Assembly: GCA_044226015.1 (NCBI GenBank)
Contig: JBGAHS010000005.1
Location: forward strand, 96,001-160,000
Length of the DNA: 64,000 nt
Source of the DNA: Candidatus Obscuribacteraceae bacterium
GTDB lineage: Bacteria > Cyanobacteriota > Vampirovibrionia > Obscuribacterales > Obscuribacteraceae
Direction of reading: 5' to 3'
Position 1 is the first letter of the stretch. Every line of letters starts with the position of its first letter. Positions 19,851-30,156 of this stretch are shown piece by piece. The translations under genes and the position numbers were made by a program. The notes beneath the pieces are model-generated. The model had not been told where the DNA came from. It ran no database searches and saw only the letters and a program-made list of their open reading frames with translations.

Positions 19851-20615
19851 GTGAATATCGAGAAATACAATCCTACCGGGCGTTTCTCCGATCGAGCTAA
19901 GTTGTATTCGCAAGCCAGACCTGATTACCCTGGTTCCGCGCTTGACTTCATTGAAGCTCAGCTTCACGGGGGCGGAGGCGAAGTTCTTGACATTGGCGCT
20001 GGTACTGGTATAAGTTCGCGCGCTCTGGCCGCTAAGGGCTTTCGGGTGACAGCACTGGAGCCAAACGAGGAAATGTTGCAAGAAGCGCGAGAGCATCCAG
20101 CATACCGGGAAAAAATTGAATTTGTTAAAGCCAGAGCTGAGCAGACAGGACTAAGTTCCGATACTTTCGATGGAATTTTGTGTGCTCAAGCATTTCACTG
20201 GTTTGATCCTGATCTGGCTCTAATCGAGTTTTGTCGACTTCTCAAATCCGCTGGTTGGCTGTTTCTCATGTGGAATGAGCGCGACGAAAAGGACGAATTC
20301 ACCAAGAGGTATGGTGACTTGCTGCGAACTTTGCCTGATACCTCAAGGGTCGAATTAAAACGTGGTGAAGCTGCGGATCCACTAATGGTCAGTTCTCTAT
20401 TCCACAATCAATTCAAAAAGTCTTTTGAACATGAGCAGGTGCTTGATTTGTCTGGCTTTCTTGGTCGAGCGTTTTCTTCATCCTACGTTCCTCACATTGA
20501 TAGTGATGAAGGAAAGTCGTTTGCAAAACAGTTGGAAGATCTGTTTGCATTTTTTCAGGTCAATGGCAGCATTGTGCTCAAGTACGAGTGCTCTGTTTAT
20601 TGCGGGCAGAAGTAA
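19851..20615 (+). CDS. Class I SAM-dependent methyltransferase
   Basis: VLDIGAGTG, AQAFHWFD; GTG start. Confidence 0.92.
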   Translation: MNIEKYNPTGRFSDRAKLYSQARPDYPGSALDFIEAQLHGGGGEVLDIGAGTGISSRALAAKGFRVTALEPNEEMLQEAREHPAYREKIEFVKARAEQTGLSSDTFDGILCAQAFHWFDPDLALIEFCRLLKSAGWLFLMWNERDEKDEFTKRYGDLLRTLPDTSRVELKRGEAADPLMVSSLFHNQFKKSFEHEQVLDLSGFLGRAFSSSYVPHIDSDEGKSFAKQLEDLFAFFQVNGSIVLKYECSVYCGQK

Positions 20616-22717
20616 TGACTCACCGACTATTGCTTCTGGACGATGACGATCTCTTTCGCAAAATGGTCGTGCCCGGCTTGCAGTCCAAAGGTTTTGTCGT
20701 TGAAGAGGCAGCAACTGGTACTGAAGCACTTTCTCTAATTTCTTCGTCTAAATTTGATTTGTTGATCGTCGATGGTGTGTTACCAGATACAGATGGAATT
20801 AAGTGGATTACCAGATATAAGGCGTCTGGTGGCAGAGTGCCAGTTGTATTTGTCTCTGGTCATTGGCAATCATCTGAGGTTTATGAAGTCTTGACCAGAG
20901 ATTTGAAAGTTAGCCAAATAATTCACAAACCAGTCATTCCGCAAGTATTTGTTGAACAAATTCACTCTGAAATGAGTAAGGAACGATGGACTCCTTCTGC
21001 ACCCGCCAAGGAAGAAGTGCGCTATGGTTCAGTAGAAGCTGAAGAGGAAGCTGCCGACGCGGCGCTGGCAAGATCAATGGCTGATCTCATGCGTGAGTAC
21101 ATGGAAGAGCTACCGCAAGAAATTGAAAAAATGCGCGATGGAATAACGATGGCAAAATCGGGGGAAAATACTCACGAAGGAATGAAGCTCGCTCGAATGC
21201 AATCACATAAGTTGCGTGGCACTGCAGGTTCATTTGGCTTGAAAGCCCTGGGCGATTTAATGGCCTCAATCGAAGACAAAATCAGAGCACATGAGGCAGC
21301 ATTCGATAAAGCTGGTAATGATTTCTATATCGACCTTGAGCGTGCTGCAGATCGTGCGGTTCAGCTAAATGAAGAAGCTCAACGCAAGTTTGCTATACAT
21401 CTATCGAAAGACTCCAAATCCGCTGAGTTGCGCACAATATCTCGCATATTGGTTGTCGCCGAAGATGAGACTTTTATTGAATCTGTCTCGCGCGTTGCTA
21501 AGCAAAGACTGATTGAACTTGTAAAAGCTGTCACCATAGATGACGTCATTCATGTGCTTTCAAAAAAATCAATCGATGCTATTTTGATCGATGTGAATCC
21601 TGAGGAACAGAAGTCATTTGAACTCGTTGGAGCCATCAGGGAAACTGCACCAAACGACATTCCTATCGCCTTTGTTAGCGAAGATGCCAAATTGGATGAT
21701 CGCCTTCTGGCTGCCCATCTCGGTGCTTCCTTATATATCAACAAACCCGTTGACCCTGATTCATTGGAAGATGCGATTCAAAGGTTGATGATACTTTCTT
21801 CCAGAGAACGTCCTAAGATTTTGATTGTAGATGACGATATGCATTTCGCGCGCAGAGTTGCACGAATCCTCATGGATCGCGGCATGGAAACGCACTTACT
21901 TGATGAACCTTTGAAGATTCTTGAGAAATTGCAGGAGACACCGCCGGACATTCTCATTCTTGATTTGATGATGCCGTATATAAGTGGTTTCGATATCTGC
22001 AAAATGCTCAGAACAATGCCTCGTTGGCAGGATCTTCCCATCATTTTTGTTACGGCTCAGACTGGCATCGACACGCGAATTGCTGCGTTCTCGTGCGGTG
22101 CAGACGATTACTTGCCAAAACCCCTGTCTGCTGACGAACTCGTTGCAAGAGTGACATTGCGAGTTGAACGATCGCGCTTACTTCGGGAACGAAGTGAAAG
22201 AGACCCCGTCACTGGTCTCCTGGTAAGACGCGGATTCATGGAAAGATTCAATGCTGCGCTTTCTTCGGCTAAACGGTTATCTCAACCTGTGAGTTTGGTT
22301 TTATTCGACGTGGACAAGTTTAAGCAAATCAACGACAAGTATGGACATCTTGCAGGCGATGCCGTTCTTGCTGGGCTTGGAAGGCTGATGCTAAAACGAT
22401 TTCGCGTTGAAGATCTTCGGGGTCGCTGGGGAGGAGACGAGTTTGTCCTCGCATTTTTAGGCAGTGATGTCGTACAATCGCACAGATTGATGCAGGGCTT
22501 TCTAGAAGAATTTTCAAAAATCGATTTTAGCGGAGAGAACGGAGACAACTTTCATGCATCTTTAAGTGCTGGTATCGCGTCGTTTCCTTCCGATTGCGAC
22601 AATGCTTACGAACTGCTTGGTGCAGCTGACCAACGGCTCTATGAAGCTAAAGCGCGCGGAAGGAATCGGGTAGTCTCAGACTCGGCAATAGCCCTACAAA
22701 AGGAAGTGAAGTCATGA
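20615..22717 (+). CDS. Response-regulator diguanylate cyclase (REC-Hpt-REC-REC-GGDEF)
   Basis: Hpt SHKLRGTAGSFG; three REC domains; intact GGDEF with RVED I-site; TAATG overlap with upstream stop. Confidence 0.92.
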   Translation: MTHRLLLLDDDDLFRKMVVPGLQSKGFVVEEAATGTEALSLISSSKFDLLIVDGVLPDTDGIKWITRYKASGGRVPVVFVSGHWQSSEVYEVLTRDLKVSQIIHKPVIPQVFVEQIHSEMSKERWTPSAPAKEEVRYGSVEAEEEAADAALARSMADLMREYMEELPQEIEKMRDGITMAKSGENTHEGMKLARMQSHKLRGTAGSFGLKALGDLMASIEDKIRAHEAAFDKAGNDFYIDLERAADRAVQLNEEAQRKFAIHLSKDSKSAELRTISRILVVAEDETFIESVSRVAKQRLIELVKAVTIDDVIHVLSKKSIDAILIDVNPEEQKSFELVGAIRETAPNDIPIAFVSEDAKLDDRLLAAHLGASLYINKPVDPDSLEDAIQRLMILSSRERPKILIVDDDMHFARRVARILMDRGMETHLLDEPLKILEKLQETPPDILILDLMMPYISGFDICKMLRTMPRWQDLPIIFVTAQTGIDTRIAAFSCGADDYLPKPLSADELVARVTLRVERSRLLRERSERDPVTGLLVRRGFMERFNAALSSAKRLSQPVSLVLFDVDKFKQINDKYGHLAGDAVLAGLGRLMLKRFRVEDLRGRWGGDEFVLAFLGSDVVQSHRLMQGFLEEFSKIDFSGENGDNFHASLSAGIASFPSDCDNAYELLGAADQRLYEAKARGRNRVVSDSAIALQKEVKS

Positions 22718-23709
22718 TAAAAGCAATGGTTTTGGCGGCAGGCGTAGGATCCAGGCTTGATCCGATCAGCCAGTACATTCCTAAACCTCTTGTTCCGGTC
22801 CTAAACGTGCCGGTCATAACCAATATCTTGCACGGTTTGAAAAAACACGGTGTGACAGAAGTAGTGTCAAACACTCACTATCTGGCAGAAGCACTGGCAA
22901 AGCATTTCGAAAGTCATCCTGCTGGCGGAATGAATATCAAATTTTTGTATGAAGAAGAACTTTCTGGTGACGCTGGTGGAGTTAGGGCGTGCAAGCAATA
23001 TTTGATGGACGACACGTTCATTGTAATCATGGGTGATTTGATTACTAATGCCAATCTCGGAAGCCTCGTCAAAGCACATAAAGCAAAAGGTGCTCTGGCA
23101 ACAATTGGAGTCAAAAAAGTTTCTGATGTGAGCCGCTTCGGAGTAATGAAGCGTGATGAAAATGGCTTTATTCAAGCGTTCCAGGAAAAGCCAAAGCCAG
23201 AAGAGGCCATTTCGGACGAAATTTCCACTGGAATTTATATTCTTGAGCCGGAAGTGTTTAAGCACATTCCTGAGTCAGGAGTCTATGGATTCGGTAAGCA
23301 ACTCTTTCCTTCTCTGGTCGAAAAAGGTTTGCCAGTTTTGGGTGAGGAAATTGATGGTCAATGGTCCGATATTGGCACTCTGAAAGATCTTTATCGCGCA
23401 AATATGGATGCTCTTGCAGGGAAAGTGAAGCTATTTTGCGAGCCTGAAAAGGGCGCATTGCCTCTGAATAATGTCACGATTGGCGAGCGTGTTCTTCTCG
23501 GTAAGAATGTCACCATTGGTGATGGCACTCAGGTGGGCGACAATGTCATTATTGGAGATGATTGCGTCATCGGGAAGAATGTTAAACTAAGTAACTGTGT
23601 CGTTTTTGGTGACTCTCAGGTTGCTGATGGTTCTATTCTGGAAAAGTGCATATACGCCTTCAACGAACACATTCCAATGGAGCAACGTGAGGCTCTAGCT
23701 GCAAAATAG
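22714..23709 (+). CDS. NDP-sugar pyrophosphorylase (mannose-1-phosphate guanylyltransferase-like)
   Basis: KAMVLAAGVGSRL..PKPLVP, FQEKP, WSDIGT, C-terminal hexapeptide beta-helix; ATGA overlap. Confidence 0.9.
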   Translation: MIKAMVLAAGVGSRLDPISQYIPKPLVPVLNVPVITNILHGLKKHGVTEVVSNTHYLAEALAKHFESHPAGGMNIKFLYEEELSGDAGGVRACKQYLMDDTFIVIMGDLITNANLGSLVKAHKAKGALATIGVKKVSDVSRFGVMKRDENGFIQAFQEKPKPEEAISDEISTGIYILEPEVFKHIPESGVYGFGKQLFPSLVEKGLPVLGEEIDGQWSDIGTLKDLYRANMDALAGKVKLFCEPEKGALPLNNVTIGERVLLGKNVTIGDGTQVGDNVIIGDDCVIGKNVKLSNCVVFGDSQVADGSILEKCIYAFNEHIPMEQREALAAK

Positions 23710-23886
23710 GCGAGATTGCCTCCGAGTGTTCTTACTGTTTCCAGACGCTTTCTGCGCCATGAATTTTGTCGGATTCAATCGCCGTTACCGCGGGATTCAA
23801 GCCTTGCAGCACTAACTTGTATTGGTGGGCTCCGTTAGAAAGGTTCCGTTAAAAAGGTTCCGCTAAATGAGATCTACTCACTTGCT

Positions 23887-24921
23887 CTATTTCTTTTGAG
23901 GAGGAGGAGGTGGAGGTGGCGGTGCATCTTTTGAATTCCCAGCCGCTGCTTTCTTCTTCAACGCAGTGACATACTGAAGCCCAACCTTCAGGCGTTGCTC
24001 ATTGTTTTTTGAAATGGCACGTTTGTAATAAAGAATGGAACCATCATAATCCTTATCTATCATCAGCAGATAGGCCGTTCTTTCGTGAGCATAGGCATCA
24101 TCTGGTTTATTGTCTGATGCGAGCTTGTACTCTGGAATAGATTCTTTTATTTTCTTATTGCGATAAAGGTAGTTTGCGAATTCCCAATGCATTTCACCGT
24201 CATTAGGTTTCAGTTTCAAATACTCTTGATACTGCTTTACTGTCTCTGGCTCGTCGTTCTGAAATTGTGCGATTTGAATCAAGACTTTTCTAAGCTGGTC
24301 AGTATCTTTTCCAAAGCTCAAGGCTTTTGTTAGCACCTGTTTTGATTTGTCGTACCTTCTCAAATGAAACAGTGTCTGTCCGTATTCTCCAAGGTAATCC
24401 TTTTCTCTGGACGGTTCTAATTCCATAATTTTTTCGAGAGCTGTTGATGCATCGCTCCAATCTTTGCCCCTCTTACAGGCATCGAAAAGGCAGATGTACA
24501 GCTGAATATTTTTCTGATTGGTGTTCAATGATTGCTTTAAAATAGATTTTGCATCGCCGTAGCGCTTGCGATCCATATCGATTTTTGCTTTTTGCAAGGC
24601 TAAATCTGGTGGAACTCCTTCTACTACCGGCTTAGGGGCTGGTGCAGGTTTTGGTTCTTCTTTGGGAACGAGCTTCTTTTCCTCTTCCTCTTCTTCCTCT
24701 TCTTTGCTTGGTGTAGTTTCGCTGCGCTGACCACCCATCAATGCTCTCTGAATGGCGTCATCATTATTATTTTGTTCAGCTTCTGTCTTTTTGCCTTTGC
24801 CCTTTTCAGCGAAGGCGGAATTACAAATTATCGAAAGGGAAAGCGGGAACGTCATCGACAACGCTAAAAGAATTCTTGAGAAGGACTTTCGAGCTTTCAT
24901 TTTTAATCTCTTTGCTAACAT
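23887..24921 (-). CDS. Secreted TPR protein
   Basis: Signal-like N-terminus; multiple TPR motifs; poly-Pro tail. Confidence 0.8.
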   Translation of the reverse strand: MLAKRLKMKARKSFSRILLALSMTFPLSLSIICNSAFAEKGKGKKTEAEQNNNDDAIQRALMGGQRSETTPSKEEEEEEEEKKLVPKEEPKPAPAPKPVVEGVPPDLALQKAKIDMDRKRYGDAKSILKQSLNTNQKNIQLYICLFDACKRGKDWSDASTALEKIMELEPSREKDYLGEYGQTLFHLRRYDKSKQVLTKALSFGKDTDQLRKVLIQIAQFQNDEPETVKQYQEYLKLKPNDGEMHWEFANYLYRNKKIKESIPEYKLASDNKPDDAYAHERTAYLLMIDKDYDGSILYYKRAISKNNEQRLKVGLQYVTALKKKAAAGNSKDAPPPPPPPPQKK

Positions 24922-25122
24922 TCAAAACTACCAACATTGCTTTACATTCCCCGTTGCAACAATAAAGAAGCAAAAAAGCACATTCTCCGGTTCTTGTTTC
25001 TTTATGCCTGCCAGGCAAGGGTTTTGAGGTTTGTGACTAAAGGCTTCACGATTTGCCTGAAAATGTTATCGGTCTCAAGCATTCGGGAAACCTACCTGTA
25101 TTGAATCCTTCAGAGAATTGCT

Positions 25123-26496
25123 ATGAAGAGCAGCAACCGATGGGTAGTTTGTGTGACTTGCATTGGGCTTGTGTTATCGCCAGCCTTTGCAAGCAGCATC
25201 ACTGGCGATGAGGGAGCCATTCTGACAGACGTACACAACAAAGTCGATAAACGAGTCAAGGTTGGTAGCGAAAAAGATGTTTGGGGCGAAGTGTGTCCAG
25301 GTAAGTTAGGCGATCTGTTGCCCGAAGGAACACAGCTTGCAACAGGAAACCGGTCCTGGGCTCAGATAAGCTGGCCAATGGTGACTACCAGAATTTGGGA
25401 AGAGTCTCTGGTGTCGATAGCGCCGAACAAAAAGATTGTAAATCTGCGTGAGGGCGAGATGCTTTTTAATCTCGATAAAAGGCACAAGGTGAGTGAGAAT
25501 TACGAGGTCTGGACAAAGTTGCTCCAGGCTCGCGTTCATGGAACGACCTTTATTGTGCAGTCTACGGCAGATTTTTCCCGAGTTGCTGTGCTTGAAGGAA
25601 ATCTTGATGTGCTTAATCGCCTTGATAATAGCATTGTGAATGTAGGACCAGGCGTGATTTATGAGGTTCGTACTGGAGCTGGTCCAGGTGCGAATTGGGT
25701 CAAACCAGTGAACTATAAAGCCAATAACAGGGCTCCCGAAGCCTCTCCCGTGCAAGGTGTTGGCTATTCTGCTGCCCCGCATCAAGCAAGCAATTACCCA
25801 AACGCAAGAATGACCCAAGATTGTCCTGAGAACATGACGGAAGACGAGATGAAGGCGAAAGCCTATCGAATGGCGAATAACGACCCTCAAAAGCTGGCGT
25901 ATTATTTTGAGAAGATTCGCATGTATCAAGAGAATAAGCGAAAAAACGAAATGGTGCGTGGACAGAACAGTGGTGTTAACAACTTTATGCCACCAAAGCT
26001 GAATGCAGCCCCCGCAAAGTTTGAGCCGATTGTTCCACTGGTTGATACAAGTGAATTTGCGCCACTGAAGTTCGATAAATCAACAAGCTCAAAACGTGGT
26101 GTCACTGAATTAAAAGGCAAAGACTCTTTTGTTGACGAACTTGGATCAAAGGCGGCTCCACCATTGTCTCTCTTTCGCTCTGGAAATGCTGCTACAAATC
26201 TCTATCTTGCTGACGTTGATAAGCTCTGGCAAAACAAGTTAGTGCAGGGTTTCTCGGAAAAACTACCGAGTTTAGCCCTCGTTCGCGATGAACTATATTC
26301 GCTGTCGCCGATTGCCAAATCAAAAGATTACTTCGACAATTCGCCTCAGACAATAAAGAAGCGCAATGAGTTATTTGCAAACAGGGCTCATGTTGTAAGA
26401 GGACCTGAGGGAAGCACTCCTGGTCGAGAGATGGCTAATGCTCTGACATTGCCTGGGCAGGCTAATGACTCAATCGCACAGAAAAAGCCGCTCTAG
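25123..26496 (+). CDS. Secreted FecR-domain protein
   Basis: LATGNRSWAQI, LREGEM, ARVHGTTF, VAVLEG FecR-type motifs. Confidence 0.75.
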   Translation: MKSSNRWVVCVTCIGLVLSPAFASSITGDEGAILTDVHNKVDKRVKVGSEKDVWGEVCPGKLGDLLPEGTQLATGNRSWAQISWPMVTTRIWEESLVSIAPNKKIVNLREGEMLFNLDKRHKVSENYEVWTKLLQARVHGTTFIVQSTADFSRVAVLEGNLDVLNRLDNSIVNVGPGVIYEVRTGAGPGANWVKPVNYKANNRAPEASPVQGVGYSAAPHQASNYPNARMTQDCPENMTEDEMKAKAYRMANNDPQKLAYYFEKIRMYQENKRKNEMVRGQNSGVNNFMPPKLNAAPAKFEPIVPLVDTSEFAPLKFDKSTSSKRGVTELKGKDSFVDELGSKAAPPLSLFRSGNAATNLYLADVDKLWQNKLVQGFSEKLPSLALVRDELYSLSPIAKSKDYFDNSPQTIKKRNELFANRAHVVRGPEGSTPGREMANALTLPGQANDSIAQKKPL

Positions 26497-28673
26497 CTTT
26501 GTCCAATTTTTTCGAGCCAAACAGAAGCGCTCTTAAAAGCTGGGGTTCTTGATTTTTCGTCGACGTTTGCTCTGATTAGCACATTGGCTTCAGGGTAGTA
26601 CATCGCTAGAACACCGGGCTTGATAGGGCTGATAACTGCTTCGATGTTCTCCATTCTGCCTGCTTCACCTCGAACGTTTACCATGTCACCGTCTTTGATA
26701 CCAAGCTGAACTGCGTCTTCATTTGAAATGAGGACGCAAAATCTGTGCGGAACACCTCGGTAAAGGTCGTTTTCCTCGTAAACTACACTGTTGAATTGTC
26801 CCTCTGACCTCAATGTAATGAGGCGGTATTCGTCTTTCCTTTTAGGAGGCAATGTCGTTTTATGCATCACTGCCTTGCCACTAGCCGTTGGAAAATTAGC
26901 TTGATGAAATATACGACCGTTGATCGTAAATTCTCTTCTGGTGCTTTCTATGTTGTCTATTTCCTTGAAGCCAGGAACGACTTGAGCGATGATTTTGCGA
27001 ATCTGATTGTGGTCTTTCATTGACGACCAATCGAAAGGGGTTTTGCCAAGCACTCGATCTGCAAGTTCCGCAAATATTTCCGTCTCACTTCGCAACTGTC
27101 CACCGACATTTTGCTCGCCACCATCAGACAGGCGAACAAAATTGAACATAGATTCCTGTGTGGTGCTCTGTTTCTCTTCATCGCGGGCCAGCACAGGTAA
27201 AATCAGAGTGCGCTTGCCTCTGCCATGAAAATGACCCGGGTTTAGCTTGGTCGAAAGGTAGACTGTGGTGCCAATCTGTTGCATAGAATGACTCGCCCAG
27301 TTTGAATTCGGGTTGGAACCCCAGAGGTTTCCACCAAGTGCAATCAAGCAATCGATTTTGCCCTCACCAGCGGCTTCAACCAGTCCGTGCGTATCGTAGC
27401 CTTCTCCGTCAGGAAGTGTTTTTCCGTAGACCTTTTCCAGGGCTTTCTTAAAGCTGTCAGCTATTGTTGGTGAAAAGCCAATGGAACCTATGCCTTGTAC
27501 GTTTGAATGACCACGTATTGGCACGAGTCCTGCCCCTGGCTTGCCGACATTGCCTGTGCAGAGCGCCAGATTGATAAGTGCAAGTATATTATCAACGCCC
27601 CACTGGTGGTGCGTCAGCCCCATCGCCCAGGCGAAGATACAAGCTTTTGACTCAGCAACTTTATTTGCGAAGTCCGTAATGACTGCTCTGCTCACCCCTG
27701 AGCAGGCTTCGATTTCTTCCCAACTTTGATTATCGGCATTGGCTATGACTTCGTTGCTATTTTCTGTATGAGAATCGAGAAAACTTTGCTTCAGCTTGCC
27801 AGATTCTCTTAGAGCTTTGATCGCACCCATAAAGAGCGCAACATCGCCTCCCGCCATCACCTGAATGTAATCAGAAGCTATCTCACTCCCAAAGAGCAGC
27901 GACATAGGGCGAGATGGCACATGAAAGCGCTCAAGTCCTTTTTCAATAAGCGGATTAATCACAATGACTCTTCCGCCTCTTTTCCTCAAATCCGATAGAA
28001 CGGTCATCAGTCGGGGATGATTCGACGCAGGGTTGGCTCCTACCAGAACTATGGTGTCGCAGAGCTTGAGGTCTTCCAATTCGACCGTAGCAGTGCCAGA
28101 GCCAATGCTTTTTTTCAAGGCTACCCCAGAAGCCTGGTGGCAATAGAAGCTGCAGTTCATCACATGACTGCAGCCATACACTCGAGCAAATGATTGCATC
28201 AGAAAGGCGGCTTCGTTCGATGAGCGACCCGATGAATAAAAGCCTACGCGGTCTGCTTGAGTGGCTTTCAAGCTTGATGCCACAATTTCCATTGCTTGTT
28301 CCCAGCTTATTGGCTTGAAGTGCATCCAATCATGCTGATGAAGAAGAGGAAACGCAAGTCGACCGGCATCCTCTGCCTGTTTTGGTGTTAACTCAAGTAG
28401 GCGGTCGAGAAAGTTTTTTTCGAAGAATTCAAGCGAAATGGCTCCCTGCATATCAGCAACTTGTGCCTGCAAGCTTTTCTTGCAGACTTCAGGAAAATGA
28501 CCGCGCTCATTCACCATTCCGCCGAGCTGGCCGCCCATGCCTAAAGCGCAAGTTTTACAGGCATTCTTAGAACGCATCTTCTTCCAGAGCCTGATAGGAC
28601 CTGCTTCTATTGCTTTCTTGATTGTATAGGCGACGGCTGGAAAGCCGCCGCCGTATCTGCCTGTTCTCATCAC
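26493..28673 (-). CDS. FdhF/YdeP-family molybdopterin oxidoreductase
   Basis: YSSGRSSNEAAF, NCSFYCHQASG, GANPASNHPR, RGHSNVQG, TLRSEGQFN, YYPEANVL, SRTPAFKS. Confidence 0.93.
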   Translation of the reverse strand: MMRTGRYGGGFPAVAYTIKKAIEAGPIRLWKKMRSKNACKTCALGMGGQLGGMVNERGHFPEVCKKSLQAQVADMQGAISLEFFEKNFLDRLLELTPKQAEDAGRLAFPLLHQHDWMHFKPISWEQAMEIVASSLKATQADRVGFYSSGRSSNEAAFLMQSFARVYGCSHVMNCSFYCHQASGVALKKSIGSGTATVELEDLKLCDTIVLVGANPASNHPRLMTVLSDLRKRGGRVIVINPLIEKGLERFHVPSRPMSLLFGSEIASDYIQVMAGGDVALFMGAIKALRESGKLKQSFLDSHTENSNEVIANADNQSWEEIEACSGVSRAVITDFANKVAESKACIFAWAMGLTHHQWGVDNILALINLALCTGNVGKPGAGLVPIRGHSNVQGIGSIGFSPTIADSFKKALEKVYGKTLPDGEGYDTHGLVEAAGEGKIDCLIALGGNLWGSNPNSNWASHSMQQIGTTVYLSTKLNPGHFHGRGKRTLILPVLARDEEKQSTTQESMFNFVRLSDGGEQNVGGQLRSETEIFAELADRVLGKTPFDWSSMKDHNQIRKIIAQVVPGFKEIDNIESTRREFTINGRIFHQANFPTASGKAVMHKTTLPPKRKDEYRLITLRSEGQFNSVVYEENDLYRGVPHRFCVLISNEDAVQLGIKDGDMVNVRGEAGRMENIEAVISPIKPGVLAMYYPEANVLIRANVDEKSRTPAFKSASVWLEKIGQS

Positions 28674-28680
28674 CGCACCG

Positions 28681-30045
28681 TTAGCGGGCAGCTGCTGTTG
28701 TCTTCAACTCGTCCCTTACCGCTTTGAGAGAATCTTCCAGAGCATTCAGGAATTTGTCTAGTTGCTCGTATGTGATCACCAGTGGTGGCTCAACTCTTAA
28801 CACGCGAGCATTAATGTAGGTGCCCGAAATCAGAATGCGTCTTGCAAACAAGTGCTTTGCCACTAGATATCCGATATCGTTGTTTGTAAACTCCATACCG
28901 AGCATCAGTCCTACGCCGCGTGCTCCAGACATGACGTCAGGATATTTTGCAGCTAGCTTTTGCAGCGCGGGCAAGAGATAAGCGCCCTTTTCGTGAGCTT
29001 GTCTTGGAAGATCTTCTTCTAACAACACATTAATAGTAGCAATTGCTGCTGCGCAGGCTACCGGATTGCCACCAAATGTAGTGGTATGAAGGAAGGGATT
29101 GTCAATGTATTTAGCCCAGGTTTTTGGCGTTCCAACAACTGCGCCAATCGGCATTACTCCACCGCCGAAGCCTTTTGCCAGTGCCATCAAGTCTGGTACT
29201 ACATTATCGTACTCGCAGTAGAACATCTTGCCACTTCTACCCATGCCGCATTGAATTTCGTCGAAGATCAACATAGTGCCATATTTGTCACAGAGTTCTC
29301 GACATGCCTGCAAATAGCCTGGAGGTGCAACATTGATGCCACCCTCGCCTTGAATAGGTTCAAGCACGAGTCCAGCAATTCTGTCTCCTGTGAAGTCACA
29401 GCTCTCCATAATTGTCTTGATTGCTTGAATGTCGCCAAATGGCACGTGGCTCCAATGAAGAAGAGGTAGAAACGGTTCGCGAAACACAGCTTTGGATGTT
29501 CCACCCAAAGCACCCAGGCTCTTTCCATGAAATCCACCCAGTGCACCAATAAAGTGCTTGCGACCGGTCGCGAGCATCGCCATTTTGAGGCAACCCTCAA
29601 CTGATTCCGTTCCGGAGTTGGTGAAGAAAGCATAATTTAAGTCGCCTGGTGTAATTAAAGACACGAGGCGCGCCAAATAGCATCTGAGCGGGTCGATAAG
29701 CTCTTGCGAGTGGATAGCCTGTCGGTCAAGCTGCTCTCTGACAGCCTTCATCACCTTAGGGTGGCGATGTCCCACATTGTAAATGCCAAATCCGCCGAGA
29801 ATGTCGATGAACTCAGTTCCATTGACATCGCGGAATACCGCACCCTCATCGTCCCATTCAACTGCAGTGTAGTCAGTACTGACGGACTTTCTGTATTGCA
29901 AAAAGCCTGCATTTACATGGTCGGCCCAGTACTGGACTGAGTCTGAGCAGATTTGTTTGCGTTCTGCTTCTGAAAGTTCCTTTTTGCCGATGAGCTGCAG
30001 TACTTCGTTCGACTTCTGCTTGGCAGCATCTAAGTCTTGAACCAT
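28681..30045 (-). CDS. patA: Putrescine aminotransferase (class III PLP-dependent)
   Basis: GFLQYRKSV, HSQELIDPLR, NSGTESVEG, FHGKSLG, EPIQGEGG, DEIQCGMGR, AKGFGGG, HTTTFGGNP. Confidence 0.88.
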   Translation of the reverse strand: MVQDLDAAKQKSNEVLQLIGKKELSEAERKQICSDSVQYWADHVNAGFLQYRKSVSTDYTAVEWDDEGAVFRDVNGTEFIDILGGFGIYNVGHRHPKVMKAVREQLDRQAIHSQELIDPLRCYLARLVSLITPGDLNYAFFTNSGTESVEGCLKMAMLATGRKHFIGALGGFHGKSLGALGGTSKAVFREPFLPLLHWSHVPFGDIQAIKTIMESCDFTGDRIAGLVLEPIQGEGGINVAPPGYLQACRELCDKYGTMLIFDEIQCGMGRSGKMFYCEYDNVVPDLMALAKGFGGGVMPIGAVVGTPKTWAKYIDNPFLHTTTFGGNPVACAAAIATINVLLEEDLPRQAHEKGAYLLPALQKLAAKYPDVMSGARGVGLMLGMEFTNNDIGYLVAKHLFARRILISGTYINARVLRVEPPLVITYEQLDKFLNALEDSLKAVRDELKTTAAAR

Positions 30046-30156
30046 TTTTTAGTTCTCCTGCTGAAGATTAACGATTATAAGCGCGTGTTGGACGCTAATC
30101 ATATCGCATCTAGCCCCGAGTGATTATAATTGCACAGGGTTTTTGAGGCGGAACAG

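Noticed and set aside
26493..28673. Selenocysteine formate dehydrogenase
   Set aside because: The ORF is uninterrupted, with Cys in the CSFYCH motif and YdeP-type signatures
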